A stretch of DNA of 64,000 bases from Takakia lepidozioides (Eukaryota; Plantae; Bryophyta): the NCBI GenBank assembly GCA_030704615.1, contig CM060731.1, positions 4,464,001 to 4,528,000 on the forward strand, read 5' to 3'. The position numbers were made by a program, and so were the translations under genes. This document shows positions 50,736 to 63,935 of this stretch, piece by piece; position 1 is the stretch's first letter, and each line of letters starts with the position of its first letter. The notes beneath the pieces are model-generated. The model was not told where the DNA came from, ran no database searches, and saw only the letters and a list, made by a program, of their open reading frames with translations.

Positions 50736-51700
50736 CTAGGGTAGCCTGTGCTGTTAGCCCAAATGTCTAGTGTTATCTAAGTCCCAATGTAATTTCCTAT
50801 GTATCCAAGTGCATCTCCTATTTTGGGGTCCAAAGCGACCTCTAGGGTAGTCTGTGCCGTTGGCCCAAGTGTCAAGTGTCTTGCAGGCCCAAATGCAATA
50901 TCTTATGTATCCAAGTGTGTCTCCTATGTCGAGGCCCAAGTGCGACCTCTAGGGTAGCCTTTGCTTTTGGCCCATTTGTGAAGCATTGAAATCTAAGACC
51001 AAGTGCAATTTCCTACGTATCCCAGTGCGTCTCCTATGTTGAGGCCCAAGTGTGATCTCTAGTGTAGCCTATGCCGTTGGGCCATGTGTGAAGAATTGAT
51101 ATCTAAGACCAAGTGCAATTTCCTATGTATCCAAGTGCGTCTCCTATGTCAAGGCCTATCTAAGCCCAAGTACAATCTTCCGATTCATGTATCCAAGCGC
51201 ATCTCCCATGTAGAGGCCCAAGTGTCCAGTGTCATCTAAGCCCAAGTGCAATGTCCTATGAATCCAAATACGTCTCCCATGTCAAAGCCCAATTTATTTT
51301 TTTCCATGAATTTACTGAGAAGTAATATATCCAATAATTATCGATATATCTCATGTCGAGGCTTCATATATTGAAAAAACCAATTATTTTTTTCCATGAA
51401 TTTGTTGAGTAGTGACATCCAATTATTATTGATATAGCATATCTCATGTCGAGCCTCCAATCATTGTCCCAGGAAAGCCCACTTTGCTATTTTTCCCGAA
51501 TTTCCAGCGACGAAAAGTACTTGAAATTCGACATCTCCCACACCGCCAATCCAAAATCATGGGACCAAGCCAGTGCATCCCTCCTCATCGAGAGCTTTCC
51601 AACGGTACCAAGCACCAGGGCTGGGGCCCCATGGTTTGGGACATCTCAATGCTACAAAACAAAACAAACAAACAAACCACCTCGCTTCATATATTCACTA
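50736..51700. repeat. Satellite array, same family as 34545-41205, reverse orientation; a forward copy recurs at 53372-53770
   Basis: Same modules (ccaagtgc.tctcctatgtcgaggcccaagtgcgacctctagggtagcc). Confidence 0.85.
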
Positions 51701-51848
51701 GTCTCCATGAATCAACAAGAGTTTGATTGTTCAACACGCTCTAACTTGGTAGGAAGTCATGGACGTCATATCATCTATATATAAAAAACTCACGGTTATC
51801 ATTCAACATGGTTCCTTCCGAAGTGACCATCATCGATGCAACTTAGCT

Positions 51849-52659
51849 TCAGAAAAGTATGATCCTCAGACGATCATTCTCATTCATAAATTGATAGCCA
51901 CCAGAACGTTGTAACCCATCGGTTGTCTGTATGCAACTGTTTGCTAGGGCTTGCACGTAGTCCGCTACGGTGGTACAGGGTTGACAGCAAAACCTCCACA
52001 AATTCCAGCCTCGCAACTGCCAAAACCATACATGCTGGTGCAGAGGCTTCCAAATGCATTATCGTTACAACAACTCGTTGATGGACCAAGATCCCGTAGA
52101 TAAGAAACCACATTCAGGCAGTCTATAAAGGATCCGCTAGCTCCAGAAGTCTCACAGACAGGCTCTGTTTGGGCATATGCCCTGATACAACCACCACCCA
52201 CACACAAACGCAGAGTGATATTTCAGATGTGAACATGTCCTAGATAAGAAAGTTGGTGGGATGGACTGAACAACCTTGGACATTAAAATCGGAACCAAAT
52301 CTTTGACTCTTTTCTCATGGCCGGAATAAAGAATCACCCCAATTTGTGATGTGTAACACATATTAATATCGAATTAAGCAGTTTAGGTGCTTACACAACA
52401 AACATGCAAATCATGACTCGTTTTAATAAGCGACATATATCCAAATCAACATCCAGTATGAGATTGGTAGAAGACACATTGTGACAAAGGACCTGATTTC
52501 ATGCCAATCACAATCAGAGTAGTCATATTGAGACTTGCTAAAGTAGTAGAAATGAGGTAGAAATATGGACTACTATGTGTGGAGGGGATTCAAACCAATA
52601 GCCACAAGAAGCAACAGAAAGATGCCAAAATTGATCAAAACAACTCGGGGTAGTGCCAT
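51849..52659 (-). pseudogene. Small secreted Cys-rich protein, fungal effector-like (KP4/Ecp2-like)
   Basis: Exon 1 (52659-52596) is MALPRVVLINFGIFLLLLVAI (signal peptide). The last exon (from 52181) reads AQTEPVCETSGASGSFIDCLNVVSYLRDLGPSTSCCNDNAFGSLCTSMYGFGSCEAGICGG/CCQPCTTVADYVQALANSCIQTTDGLQRSGGYQFMNENDRLRIILF* with one frameshift. Confidence 0.65.
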
Positions 52660-54614
52660 GATCGTTTTTTCAAGAACTTTGAATAAATGCACCTGCAAGA
52701 AAATGTGGGCATGTTATCAGCTCGAATATTGTAGACCTACTGACATTCAATATATCAGCTAGAATCTCAGCTATACATAAACAAGACCTCCTAACAACTA
52801 ACAAACGTTGTAGGTAGTCACCATAAATACATCGCAAACCTCAAGGCATTGCCCACATACCGTCTCGTTAACGCAAAGAGATGCAAGTTAGGCTTGTGAG
52901 AGTAGAAGACTTCAATATGAGGTCTCGTGTAATGTATATATAGTAACGTTTCTTGCCTCATACCTAGGCCACACATGACATATGCGTTGATGTGTTGACA
53001 TAATGCGGGCCCTTTGGCGGGCAGCAGTGTTCCTACACTACTGGCGGGTATCCGCTTGACGTAGTTTTGTAACGCAAGAGAAACTAATGGAAGTGCATTC
53101 CTTGAATGCTGCAGCCTGTAGTAGGGCGCCACCAGTGTGGGAAGGCACCATGAGAGCAGGAAAATGAGGAAATAACTCTATCATGACATCGCCCTTTGCC
53201 TTGTTGGATCTTAGCTACCAAACCGTGCTAATCAAACTGGGTCCCACCAAGGAAGGATGGGGCTTATGTGGCCGCTTGCCTTGCAGTGTTAATGGGAAGA
53301 CGCCGTTCCGCGACGTGCGTCCTGCCAACGGAGGCAAATGCTATATGTGGCCTGGCTATCATGCATGCTAGTCAATATATTAAGCAATATAGTTTGTTTG
53401 TTTGATTGTTTGTTTTGTTTTGTTTTGTGGTGTTGAGATGTCCCAAATCACGGCTATATGTGCGATCAGCCGAGAGAGTGAATTAGAAGTGTGGAGTCAA
53501 AGATAGCGATAGACATTGACTATGCAAGGTTTTCGTCGCTACTGGAATTCTTGTGATCCGCCAACCAGCAGCAAGAATCTAAATATCTAGAAGAAGACAA
53601 AAACTTCAGCCCAAACAAGCCTGTATGAGGCAAAAGGGTCAGTTCCCCCCAACCCTGGTGCTTGGTACCGTTGGAAAGCCCTCGATGAGGAGGCAACGAC
53701 TTGATCTCATCGGTGTTGGAGATATGGAATTTCAAGTACTTTTGGTCTCTAGAAATTCGCAAAAAAATAGAGAGAAGGAGATCCATCAATCTTCCACGAC
53801 CATTCCTTGGGATCCATTTGCAGGGCCATAAGAGGCTTGCCCCCTATCCATAGGAACAAATTTCCTTTCAGCCAGGCCGTTATTTCCAGCCCTGGCGGTT
53901 TCTTAGGGTTCATGTTTTTTGCATGAGTTCATGTTTTTTTTTTCCCTGATAAAGGGGATCAAGCCCCGATATTTTATTTATGAGGGGAAAAATACAACTC
54001 CGGAGGGCCATAAAGCAAACACACCATCTGGTGAGGGACGAACCCAGAGACTAAAACGGAGAGAGAACCATCCTGCTGGATGAACGAAGAAGCTAAGACC
54101 ATAGACAGACCCCTATGGAAAAAGCTAAGGAAGAAGCTAGAGCCTACGAGCTGTGAGCTCCAGCTTCAAGACCAGAACACGTTTTGCGAGAAGGGGCCAC
54201 TGGCCCCAGCACACCATTCAGGGCAACCACCACCATGCTTTGTCGTTTCTAATATTGGTGTTTATCATGCAGAGACCTTTTTTATAGTGTGGTGGGGTTA
54301 TGAATTAATATATTCTGCCAGTTGGCAACAACCAATATTTGTAAGACTATGCAGTCATGGACATGTGGCGTTCATGTTTGGAAGGCCTCCACCGGTTCAC
54401 TATCTGGCTTTTTTTTTTTTCATTTTTCCAAAATCGCCAGTGGGGCCACCTGTAAATTCTCCGCAGCACCCATGTGGCATGAATAACAAGGTGACAGGGT
54501 TAGAAAAGTGACTTATACAGAAGGTGGCACATTTTAACAGGTCCACATAAGCAAAGTCAGGCTCCTGATATTCAACTATTGGCGCTTGTTGGCGAAATTT
54601 TCGACAAACAGGGA

Positions 54615-55270
54615 TTCAATATCCAAATTCAAAAATCTGATATAATGCAAATAGTCACAAATACTATACTTCCTCATGGTGCTTGAGTGAATCCACTAAC
54701 CAACTATTATCCAGAATATATAACCTCCGGTTCTGAAAGCCAGGTAGAAGGGTTGATAACCTGCCTCTTTTGGCAACACATTCCCGATCGAATCAAACAC
54801 AAAAATAATACAAAAACACCGGTTCTCAACTAATGGCAGTTATCTCATATACGGCTTGCGATCTGCCTGGTGTTGGAGGAAAAATCTAACCTCCGTGCAA
54901 CATTGGTTGAATCCTCCTTGGGTGAAAGAAAAGCTACTTAGCTCTTTTCATACCACAAGGTCACGGAAGAGGTGTGAGGGCGCCTTCTTGTTCAACATAT
55001 CGTCCTATTCTGCCCTCTTACCAGGGTCGTCCTTAATTTTTCATGTTGACTACTGCATGGTTGGGTCTCATAAATCCGGTTCGGGGTATTAGCCGCGACT
55101 TAATTTTCATAACATCCAAATCTGGGTATTGATAATCTGGTTGAGATCCTGTTGATGCCTGCCCACTACTGGTAAACACCACTTAATTGACAACTACAAA
55201 AAATCCAACAGTGTCTGTTGGTGTCTCTGATGAATCGGCCACCAATATGTCATTTTGTACGGAGAGGGTA
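54615..55270 (+). repeat. ~650-bp segment duplicated at 60280-60928, containing a PDF exon tail (NPPWVKEKL)
   Basis: Direct, high-identity repeat starting tcaatatccaaattcaaaaatc. 54240-54290 is also repeated at 60222-60275. Confidence 0.9.
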
Positions 55271-55279
55271 CGGAGATCG

Positions 55280-56820
55280 TGGGAACCTGTTCACCATTGT
55301 TAACTCCTGGTGTAAATTTAGACTGCATTATGCCACATGAATAAACTCTCTTTGTAGTGCTCGAATTTGTTTTTGTAGGCTGCGAGAGAGGCTCCAGGAA
55401 TGCAATGGTGATGAGGTATTGAGGGTGGAAGGGGCTGCCAAGGTCCAAAGATTCACAGAATGGGCCTTGAAATGTATTGGGTCACATTCACGGGGGAATG
55501 GTGGGGAGTCTGGTGCATCGGGTAATATTGACACTGCTATCATCCATAGTTCAGCCATTGAGTCACGTCAGCTGATGGCCTTCAAACGTTTCTTGGATCT
55601 TGCTGGGACTCGGTTGACCAAAAAGGACTACATGGAGGCCTTCGATGCAGCCTGCTTCCCTCTCACTCTCTTTTCCAGTGCAATAGATCCCGGTTGGGCA
55701 ACTGGAATTGCGGCCAGTGCCATGCAAGGATTACTAGGGCTGCTAGTTGAAGGGGGTGCAGATAATGTAAACCAGTGTTTTTTGGAGGCTGCTCGGTTTG
55801 GGAGTACTGAGCTTGTACATTTTCTGCTGCAGGTATGGCAAACCTGTTGTCTCCTGGCTTGTCCATTTTCTTCTTTAGCGTGGCCAAATTTTCTTCCCTC
55901 TTTTTCTCTGTTTTTTGCAGGCTAAGTGTTTCTGTCTTTTTCTGTAAGTTTGGGTCCCTGTTTTTTTCTCACCTTTCCCTTGCCTTCGTGAGTCTGTTCC
56001 TTCTTGCAATATCAGGTAGAACATGGAGCCAAATGCATCACTACCACCAGCTTCTCATGGTTTTAGTTGGAATGACAAACCATCTGTTGTTGCTCTTAAA
56101 AAGTGTGCACCTTGACAGACAATTTTGATCCTTGCTGTTGACAGGCAAACTCTCAAGCCTTTTAAATACTGTTCAGTGATCAATGGCCAGGGGGTTTTGG
56201 GTTTAGTTTTTGATGCATCTCTCTGTGTCTGAGCCCTCCCCTCCACTAGATTGGTCGTAGGGGTTCGTAATCAACTGGCTACGTGGTATGGTCTATGATA
56301 TATATATATATATATACATATGTATATGTGTGTGTGTGTGTGTGTGTTATCTCTCTCTCTTGCTTGTGGCAGGATCCTAGTAAGCATCTGTGCTTGTATC
56401 TGAGCAGATTGCACACAGGAATGGTATGGAGCTAGATGTGCAGTTGGCATTGGGGTTTGCATCGCACTACTGCAAGATTGGTACAATGCAATGATTGGTT
56501 GATGATGGCAATGCAAACGCCTTCTACCTCTCATGAGGGTTACTGAAAGGGGTTGTATGGAGGTAGGTTTCTTCTAATGTGCCAAATCCAGTTTGATAGA
56601 GTTCCTTGAGAGCTTTCATGGGGCCTTCACCTACGTATTTCTACTTCATTATTAGAATGTGATTTTAGTATAAGAAGTGAGACAGGAAATACCACAACAG
56701 CAGGGATACTTTTCTCAGATGCTCAAATCACATAATGCCACCAAGTGATTGTTGATGCAATAGTTTCAAGCAACAAGATCCCCTCTGGGTATCTGTAGGT
56801 GATGGTGGAGACTTATTCAG
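55280..56820 (+). pseudogene. Partial duplicate of the SKIP35-like gene (exons 4-5 with introns)
   Basis: Near-identical to 14550-16112. It has a 3-bp deletion in exon 4, and a TGC>TGA stop plus a small deletion in exon 5. Confidence 0.92.
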
Positions 56821-56826
56821 GAACTA

Positions 56827-58435
56827 ATTTGTAAGAGTCCTCGACTCTCTGGGCAAACACTTTCCCTCACCGGATGCAGATGACATCTATATTGCTGGAC
56901 TCGAGGCTCGGTTCCCGGCCTATCCCGTCGAGACTTGAGTAGACCTTAGTTTTCCTCTCAAGATACGTATATCTTTTGTTCTTTTTCGAACTCACACACA
57001 AAAAACCTTCTATGCTTCACGCCTTCAACAAACTCTGTAAAACTGCAACAGTGACCATTCTTCCCATCTAGACGAGTCACCGGGGCAATTCTAGACTTCT
57101 CGCATAACCTGACGGTGCCCAGGAAATAAGCCATATCTTCTGTTGTCCAACCTTTCACTTTCGCAGAAGGTTTAGGTGAAGTGTTTCCGTGTCGGAGCGG
57201 TGCTTTAAGAGTGATCGTGGCCGTGGAATCTTCCCCGGACATGTAACCGTGTTGAAAGTAAACTTCATACTTAACACTGTCTATGATGAAAGTGTTTCTT
57301 GCTTTGTACCAAGGGCCAAACTCACATGGAACAGGGCGCACGGAAGCTTCAACCTTGAGCTCAAGTCTGATATTTGATACCATTGCACACCTTTTTATCG
57401 CCTTAACAGAAGCCTCTTCGGTAATGAAATTGGAACAAGTAAACCTTGTCGATACTGTTGACATGAAAGTGTGCCAAAACAATCTCCTCTCTCGATCAGA
57501 ACATGCAGCAATAACCGTCTTCACAGCCCTTGGACACCCAATATTGAGTCCATCTCCGAGTTTTGTTGGCCCAGAAAGAGAAGAGGTCTAGGATGATAAT
57601 CACAACGTACACTCAGTACTGCTGACCAAAAGTCGAAATGCCTGGCTTGCAAATCATGGGCCAGATTGACACAAATCTGAGAAATTTTTGATTTAAAACC
57701 TCTCTAGCACTGTGATCCAAAAGCATTTGACTTTGGGATCGATTTCATACCCTTTGCCTCTGCACACATGTTCCATTGCAGCGAAAAAGTCTACCTTTCT
57801 GATGAGATGACCACCAGGCCAAAGTAGGTCGTCCTCTGCACCAAATTTCGTATTTTGTCGCTCGAAATTTCGGAGCATCGCCATGTGAGATGACCTCGGT
57901 CCGTCAGTCACATAGTTAATGTTTTCAGGGGAAAACGAGACCACGTAATTTGATCCATCAATCACTCCTACAGACATATTCTCTGGATCACAAGCATGTG
58001 TACTCACAAGAGGGTCCAGAGGGATATTCGTCAAAACTATCAAGTTCCTTACCTTGTACCAGGAATCAAAACCATGCCACAGAGATGACACCAGCACATA
58101 CGGGATCCTACAAAACTTTGTAGTCCTGACAAACTGCCAAATGGAGTAAAACAACTGGAACCATACCATGTACTGCAGCAAACGATGGAAAGAAGTACTA
58201 ACTGTGGGCTGTAGGAAGCTCATTGGGGCCTGAACTTACAGTTATCTTCTAACCAGTAGACAGTCCTTCCTAGAGGGCAGGACAAGGTAGACAATCAGAC
58301 ATAGTTCAAGTAGTCGAGGCATTCTGAATGTAATCAGTTGAACCTTGAGTGTGCGGTCGAGGGAAGTAACGACTGTTGGGTCCCAGCTCCAGCGAACAGT
58401 GATCCATGGAAGCTGAGGGTACTCGTATCAAATTT
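56827..58435 (-). pseudogene. Second copy of the unknown ORF (matches 18546-19975)
   Basis: Colinear with high identity. Retains ~110 bp (57321-57440) that is deleted in the first copy. Confidence 0.8.
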
Positions 58436-58649
58436 AGAAGGGAATGCGTTCGGACAAGACGTTGTTGGGGATGCAAGACGTCATCGCTCGTGCCCAGATA
58501 TGGTTCAAGGGGACAGTCACACATGCATAGGACCTTTTCGTTGTCCTTCTCCGAAATCCATTTTTTATAGAAAAGCTACTTCTAGCCTCCTTAAACTTCA
58601 TCATTGACAATCCATCAATTGAGGGCAGTGCCCCAGTCTAAATTCCTGC

Positions 58650-58940
58650 AGAATGTTGATTAATCTGGCTTCATGTGGGGACGTAAGGGGACTTGGTTCC
58701 GACTCAACCTCCCTCAAAAGAATTGAACTGAGGTCTTGGGTAGCACCCTTCCAAAAACAAGAGGCCATTGCTTTCCTACAAGAACACAAACTGGACCTCT
58801 TCAAGATTGCTCACCTAACAGACCAATATTTGTGGCCTCAAACTCCTGCACTGTGGAAACCTACCTCCAATGGCACTCGTGGGGGAACTACTATTATTCT
58901 GTCACCATCCACACATCCATTTATGATCGAAAAAGCCTCT
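58650..58940 (+). mobile_element. LINE APE-endonuclease N-terminal fragment
   Basis: INLAS..DVRGLG...AFLQEHKL...GTRGGTTIILS matches the APE motifs NVRGL / LQE / GG.AIL. Confidence 0.7.
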
Positions 58941-58989
58941 TGAGTCCCAGGTAGAATTCCTCTCGTGGGCTTCTCGTGGGCTTGGAATC

Positions 58990-59160
58990 GGGCAAGTATG
59001 TAAAACGTGGGGCATCAGGTATGCAAAGGGAGTGTTCAACAATATGGGTAAATGAGATGTGGTATCTTGGAATGCCCTGATTGTAGGACTTCCACAACAT
59101 GGGTGTGGGAAGGGGGGGGGGGACTTGATGCAACAAGGGGTGAAGCCCAACCATATCAAG
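58990..59160 (+). pseudogene. Decayed PLS-PPR fragment
   Basis: KGVFNNMGK*DVVSWNALIVG..QHGCG..MQQGVKPNHI. Confidence 0.7.
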
Positions 59161-59511
59161 GCAATTGGAGGTTTGGTCATGCTGCAAGGTATGTACACTC
59201 GTCTCTCACACCAACTTTTCCCCTTTAACAGGTTGTGAAGTTTGTTGCACTCCTCATCAAGGTAAGTAGTTTGTCTGATCTCTTTGCATTTATTGTTCCC
59301 TCTCCTGCCACAAGATCGATCCATGGGGCACGGAGCAGAGCTTGCACTAGTTTTTCAAAGATCCTTCACAATGTTGAGACTGCAACAATGGCAAGGTGTG
59401 GCTCTCTTAATGTACAATTTGAAGAAATTTGTCTATTTCATAAAACTGGGCTCTTCCCATTAGTATCAGCATCATGATTTGTGTTCCTGATGTTTACAAG
59501 GTACTTGGGAG

Positions 59512-60025
59512 TGTGATGCTCAAAACGTGCTTAAGGTTGGGATTCTCCTTCTTCTTCCTGCATGCACATATAACCGGGGAAGTAGCACGGCAGAGTAGGC
59601 CACGCGATGAGGCGGGAATCTCACGATGAGGAGTCAGTCAGATGCCACAAAACGCACAGAGCTACCACCACAGAACCTGCTCTCACATGCACATTCGTCT
59701 CATGCACACACCTCTCTCTCCCTCGTACACCAAGTTTGTACACCAAAAATACCTCCCCGATTCCATTTTCAGGAACCCCTTTATTCAGCTGCCACATCAC
59801 ATGTGAGTCACTACCAGGCGGCAAGGCGTGAGTGGACAACTGCCAAGTAGGCTTATCAGGGTCATCGCAGATATCAACGGTTCCTAGAATTAAAGGCGTA
59901 TTACAACGGTATGGCTACAGTTAGTATGTCAGAGCAGCCCCAACAATTCTCTACATTACATCCGGCGGTACTAATTAATCATCTGTCAGGGAGAATTGGG
60001 AGCAGGGAGAGAACGGGCCATCACA
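59512..60025. mobile_element. Solo LTR, 514 bp, inside a PDF-motif intron
   Basis: tgtgatg...catcaca termini and 4-bp TSD ggag. The flanks rejoin to the PDF intron consensus gtacttggggagggtcag (cf. 22635). Confidence 0.8.
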
Positions 60026-61321
60026 GGAGGGTCAGTTTGGTAGTAAGAGGATATGTTTAAATCTATGGCTGCTCAGCTGCATACAGACCAATCCAGGACC
60101 ACCAGATACAAACATGAGGTCCTTTGGTTTGAAGTCTATTGGATTTTTTTGAGATCCACCGATTACGGATGTTTAACTTCAACTTTGTGTTGACATCATC
60201 CAGTTCCGAAGGTTTGGAGCTTTCTCGTTTCTAATATTGGTGTTTATCATGCAGAGACTTTTTTTGGATAGTCTGGTGGTCAATATCCAAATTCAAAAAT
60301 CAGATATAATGCAAATAGTCACAAATACTATACTTCCTCATGGTCCTTGAGTGAATCCAATAACCAACTATTATCCAGAATATATAACCCCCGGTTCTGA
60401 AAGCCAGGTAAAAGGGTTGATAACCTGCCTCTTTTGGCAACACATTCCCAATCAAACCAAACACAAAAAAACACAGAAACACCGGTTCTCAACCAATGGC
60501 ATTTATCTCATATACAGGTTGCCATCTGCCTGGTGTTGGAGGCAAAATCTAACCTCCAAGCAACATTGGTTGAATCCTCCTTGGGTGAAAGAAAAGCTAG
60601 CTCTTTTCATACCACAAGAAAGAGGTGTGAGGGCGCCTTCTTGCTCAACATATTTTGTCCTATTCTGCCCTCTTACCAGGGTCGTCCTTAATTTTTCATG
60701 TTGACTACTGCATGGTTGTGTCTCACTTACCCGGTTCGGGGTATTAGCAGGGACTTGTAATTTTCATACCCTCAAATCTGGGTATTGATAATCTGGTTGA
60801 GATCCTGTTGATGCCCGCCCAATACTGGTAAACACCACTTAATCGACAACTCAAGGAATTCCAACAGTGTCTGTTGGTGTCTCTGGTGAATCGGCCACCA
60901 ATGTCATTTTGTACCGAGAGGCTACGGAGTACCCAGATCATAGTACATAGAAGGTGGACACCTTCCAAATGGAAACTGTCCTATTCCTTCAATACCATAT
61001 TCAAGTTAAGAACATGGAAAAATTCCACAACCATCCCTCTTTCCCACTTGACGCACTCCCATTTACATGACTAATATACCAATGAGCCACACCACTAACA
61101 AGAAAGACTGAAGAAAGAAGAATTCTAGTGCAATTGGTACTGCAACACATGTACTTCTCTCACAACAGACTTTCACATGCATGGGGTAGACAAAGCACCA
61201 GCAAATTTTAAAAAGTTGTCAGAAACCCATAACGCTTTGGGTGTAGAATTAGACATTCAATTGAGGGAAAAGGAGAAGCTCAAAATGCTTGGTCCACGAA
61301 GGGTCCAGGACTCCCTCGTGG

Positions 61322-63935
61322 TTACCCAAGTAGGGGCGTTTTCAGGTTATTCGTGACACGTACTGCGATCAGTTGGCCATCATGGGGAGTGAGAACTTCA
61401 ACTGGTAATGTTGAAAATGTTCTAGTTTGGCCCCAGGCTATAAGGTATAGCCCACTCACAATTAAGAGAGCACCTATGACACTGCACACATCCCACATTA
61501 GGTGTTAGCTCTAACTTATTCTATTGGACACTCAGTTTTTGAAGATATTAAGTTTTGAAAAAATTATTCTGTTTCAATGTTAGCTCATATGCCTTAAACA
61601 TAGGGTCAGATGCTTCCCCCTCCTGTCCACACCCTCTGTCTGACGATTGGGCTCAAGGCTGTAGCAAGCCGTGGTTTGCAAAAATATTGTACTCAGTCAT
61701 CTCTCGCTAGCCTCTTTCCTTCATCCTTCGTTCTTTATTTCTGCTGACATTTTAAGTTCTTGTTCAAAGCACTTTCTCATTAAATCAATGTGATGGTCAT
61801 GCCCATCCTGGAGAAAATCCAGAAGGCCAGAGACAAGATCAGTTGTGCTGAAAACTTGCAATACTGGAGCAAGCTTTCAGAAAAGGGAGTGCCCCCCTGC
61901 TTCTCTCTGTTCCTCCCGTCTTACCCTCTGGTCTGCAGCCACAGGGCAGCCACGAGGCTGCAACAAATACAATGTGATGAGGACACTGCCCTCGCCAGTA
62001 ATTTGCACTGCTTCCTCCTAGATTAAGGCCAAACTCAAGGATGAAAATGATATGTATCTACAAGAGTAGGATTGTAGATTCAAATCTTCTTAAATTTGGA
62101 CACACCCAGAATTGCAGCTGCAACTGACTGCAAGGGGGTATAGCCAGCCACTAAAATGGGCCCAGAAGTATGAATAGCCCATGCATAGACTACTACTGTG
62201 AGTATCGAAATGGTGAAACCCTGCAACAGTAAAGATGTACACATTACACTTATGTATTGCAGCCTTTCATTACAGACCTCACATCATGCAGACCAAAGGC
62301 AACTGCCTCCGTGGAATGCTTGCCCTCTTAGTAGGACTCGTGTCTAGAAAAGGGACAGAAAAAAGAGAGAGAAAAATAACAGCAAACAATCACCTACATA
62401 GCATCTGCTCCATCCATACATTCAAGACCATGCTGTTACACATTGATAATGTCTTTTAATCCGTGACCCCTAAACCCTAAAGTTATTTAGTTATTTCTTT
62501 TCTTTAAGTTCTTTGTTTTCTTCGTTTTCTTTTATTTCTCAGGTGTTTAGGGTTAAAGGCCTACCGCATACATGATGGTGAAAAGCTCTGCCTTGTCAGT
62601 CACCAACCATTTAGAATGATCCTTCACACAGATCAATGCGGTCACTGTATAGAACGTTCCACCAATGGTAACCACAGAAGCTGCCTGTGTGATTGGAGCT
62701 GGATATCTAGCCAAGGTACCCACCTGCATTGTCAAAGGTTCACGCAGATATCAGCAGACACGAAGGTTCGAGTATTCTACAGTTGGACTTGCCTTATTCT
62801 GCCGTCCATCATGGTTGACAAATGAGTTTGCAGTGAGGTGTTTTCTCCATTTCTATGTGCTTTTCTCTTGCTACCCCTCATGACTCTGTTGTCTGGAGAG
62901 TGAGTGCAGGTTTCTATAGCAATAAGACTCAGATGACAAGTATCTCAAAGCTCTCGGGTCTCTGTCTCTTCACACCTTAAATGGAAGTTACACATAAAAC
63001 TTCCCTGAACTTGTTTCCTGTGACAGGGCAAGGACCTTGAGGATGATCTCAAGGGCCATCTATCCTTGGCACTAGAACGAAATTTAAACTCGGGGGCGGG
63101 AATCCTCCCTTTCAACAAGAAACAGATGCAGAGAGGAAGATGATATTGTAATTGCCCAGTGTCTGGGCAGCTTGAAGACAAAATCCATTTTCTGATACAT
63201 GGCCTGGGATATTCTCACCAGAGTGTGACCCTCTTCAGGACCATCAAGAACATTGTCCCCGACCTCTGTTCATCAACTTTGAAAATCATGAGGCTGAGCC
63301 TAAAGCCCTGGCCCTGTTGGGATCTAATTGCTGGGCAGCTCACACACAGCAAGTTGGTGCTTGTGTGAAGGGCTTTCTAGAGGATCTGGGAAACCCTAAT
63401 TGTCTTTATCAAGGCAAGTCACACTACTGGAGTGAGCCCCTCACAAAGATAGTATCGGTTCCCTTTTGTTCCGCCCAAACTGGGCACCGGGTCAATATGG
63501 AGGGTCCTTCAACAGCAGCTCTCAACTCCTTGTGAAGTGTGAGCATGTATGTGGACAAAATATATGGCAAGTGTGACACCTATAACTAGTTCCCACAGCA
63601 TCCTCAGGTTGAACAGGATCCACTATCCCGAGATTTCTGGAGTCGATGGTAACAACGCACTCAGTTAGTACATGTATATTGATATATACTGCCAGGCACA
63701 AGCAATTGCTGATGAGACTGCTCCCAACTGGAATCGGTCGATCCCAAACCCTAGTGCCCCAGTCAATGGTTGCAGTAAGGTTAGGTCTACAGGTAGAGAC
63801 AATGTCGAGCCGAGCCCTCCCTCCACTATAATGGGACCCTTGTACAGAGTCATGAGTGAAGCCCCAGCCACACACAAAAATATCCCAAGAACTTTGGCCT
63901 GCCCATCATGCCGTTTTATGCGTATCTGCTCCAAT
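61322..63935 (-). pseudogene. WAT1-related / UMAMIT (EamA, MtN21) transporter, 3' exons (63935-63672, 62723-62565, 62220-~62105, 61481-61322); 5' part outside the window; apparent frameshift
   Basis: RLEQI..DGQAKVLG..CVAGASLMTLYKGP, LARYPAP, W....GPILVAGYTPLQ and VIGALLIVSGLYLIAWG. The frame changes between QLGAV and LISNCLCLAVYINI (~63715). Confidence 0.8.
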
